DNA of 64,000 nucleotides from Phycisphaeraceae bacterium (GTDB lineage Bacteria; Planctomycetota; Phycisphaerae; Phycisphaerales; UBA1924): NCBI GenBank assembly GCA_019454185.1, contig CP075368.1, positions 1,899,649 to 1,963,648 of the forward strand, read 5' to 3'. Shown piece by piece: positions 63,066 to 64,000 of this stretch (position 1 is its first letter; each line of letters starts with the position of its first letter). The notes under the pieces were generated by a model. It saw only the letters and a program-made list of their open reading frames with translations, ran no database searches and was not told where the DNA came from. The position numbers and the translations under genes were made by a program.

Positions 63066-64000
63066 TCATACGACGGGCTGTTTCGAAGCCGTTGCGCGAA
63101 CTTTCGCAGATTGACGCATGGCGTTCACGAACTGATCGAAGAGGTACGAGGCATCGTGGGGCCCGGGCGAGGCCTCGGGATGGTACTGGACCGCGAAGAT
63201 GGGCCTGTTCTTGACCCTGAAGCCGGCGACAGTGTTGTCGTTGAGGTGAAGATGGGTAACTTCGCCTCCTGCGGCTTCGAGTGATTCAGGATCAACGGCG
63301 AAGCCGTGGTTCTGGCTCGTGATCTCGACGTGTCCGGTGGTTCGGTTGTGAACGGGCTGGTTCGCGCCGCGATGGCCAAACTTCAGCTTGTAGGTCTTGG
63401 CACCGATAGCGAGCGAGAGCAACTGATGGCCGAGGCAGATGCCGAAGATCGGAAGCTCACGCTCTCGGCGAGACCCGATAACCGCTCGAAGGGTTTCGAT
63501 GGTCTGGTTGACGGCCGCGGGGTCGCCCGGGCCGTTGGAGATGAAGAGTCCGTCGATCTCGCCCTGATCGTGGAGTTCGAGGATTCGCTCTGGGGTGATG
63601 TCGTGGGGAACGAGCATGACCTCGCAGCCGCGGTCGGCGAGATTGCGGAGAATGTTGGACTTTGCACCGCAGTCCAGTGCGAGGACGCGGAGCGGGGCAT
63701 CGGCCGTCTCTTTGCGGAGATCGGGCGACCACTCTCCGAGCGTTTCCGACCAGGTCTGACCGGAGGTGCATCCGACCCTCGGCACAAGATTCTGGCCCGC
63801 CATTGATGGTGCGGAGCGTGCGGCTTGGATGAGTTCGGCGTCGGTGAGATCGGCGCGATCGGTCAGTGCACCGGCCATCGCGCCAGCGGTTCGTAGGCGC
63901 CTTGTGATCGCGCGCGTATCAACACCCTCGATCCCCAGGACGCCGGAGGCATCCAGAAAGGACTCCAGAGACTGCACCAGTCTGAAGTTCGATGGTTGCC
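63066..64000 (-). CDS. carA: carbamoyl-phosphate synthase small (glutaminase) subunit, 5' end outside the window
   Basis: GICLGHQLL catalytic Cys and VQYHPEASPGPHD. The reading frame stays open to the window edge. Confidence 0.9.
   Translation of the reverse strand, partial: QPSNFRLVQSLESFLDASGVLGIEGVDTRAITRRLRTAGAMAGALTDRADLTDAELIQAARSAPSMAGQNLVPRVGCTSGQTWSETLGEWSPDLRKETADAPLRVLALDCGAKSNILRNLADRGCEVMLVPHDITPERILELHDQGEIDGLFISNGPGDPAAVNQTIETLRAVIGSRRERELPIFGICLGHQLLSLAIGAKTYKLKFGHRGANQPVHNRTTGHVEITSQNHGFAVDPESLEAAGGEVTHLHLNDNTVAGFRVKNRPIFAVQYHPEASPGPHDASYLFDQFVNAMRQSAKVRATASKQPVV

Noticed and set aside
1-64000. Dozens of long alternative-frame or antisense ORFs in the track (for example 3963..5684, 10746..11645, 12912..14615, 15549..16826, 22936..24318, 40085..41377, 53690..54622, 58694..60508, 61381..62568).
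   Set aside because: They overlap genes with clear family signatures and are Arg/Pro/His/Gly-rich with no recognisable motifs. This is the expected stop-codon-poor artefact of high-GC DNA.
1-64000. tRNA, rRNA, tmRNA, RNase P or riboswitch genes, and prophage or IS elements.
   Set aside because: I found no cloverleaf-compatible T-arm or anticodon-arm strings, or conserved ncRNA cores, in the intergenic regions by eye. There are no integrase, transposase or phage structural genes. A covariance-model scan would be needed to exclude small ncRNAs, especially in 17534-18051 and 62566-63065.

Overview
High-GC, densely coding bacterial chromosome segment. The gene content looks like Planctomycetota/Phycisphaerae (DUF1559 prepilin-like protein, GC-type dockerin protein, GxxExxY gene); this taxonomic call is inference. 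I support about 50 CDS and saw no rRNA, tRNA, CRISPR array, transposase or integrase. Two blocks stand out; the rest is housekeeping. (i) At 6.7-17.5 kb there is a minus-strand chaperone supercluster: groEL - groES - two PAPS-type sulfotransferase genes - groEL - GxxExxY - dnaJ - grpE - zinc-ribbon gene - acpS. It contains five copies of a 34-nt (CACAGAG)x3 repeat and a ~113-nt duplication of the dnaJ 5' end. An exact sigma-54 -24/-12 motif lies upstream of it. (ii) At 28.5-51.5 kb there is a type II secretion-like locus: gspE, gspG, three minor-pseudopilin-like genes, gspK-like, a PilM/N-type L-like gene, a fused M/O+C/P-like gene, and gspF nearby. Its secretin is one 11.3-kb gene (~3,760 aa) with about 39 tandem secretin N-domain repeats, followed by a translationally coupled lipoprotein gene. 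The housekeeping genes are rpsD, sucAB, pstB, serA/serC, carA (partial), nuoA, gpx and acpS. The giant-secretin T2SS and the sulfotransferase-interrupted groES/groEL operon are the most unusual items. All family calls come from reading the translated ORFs by eye; no searches were run.
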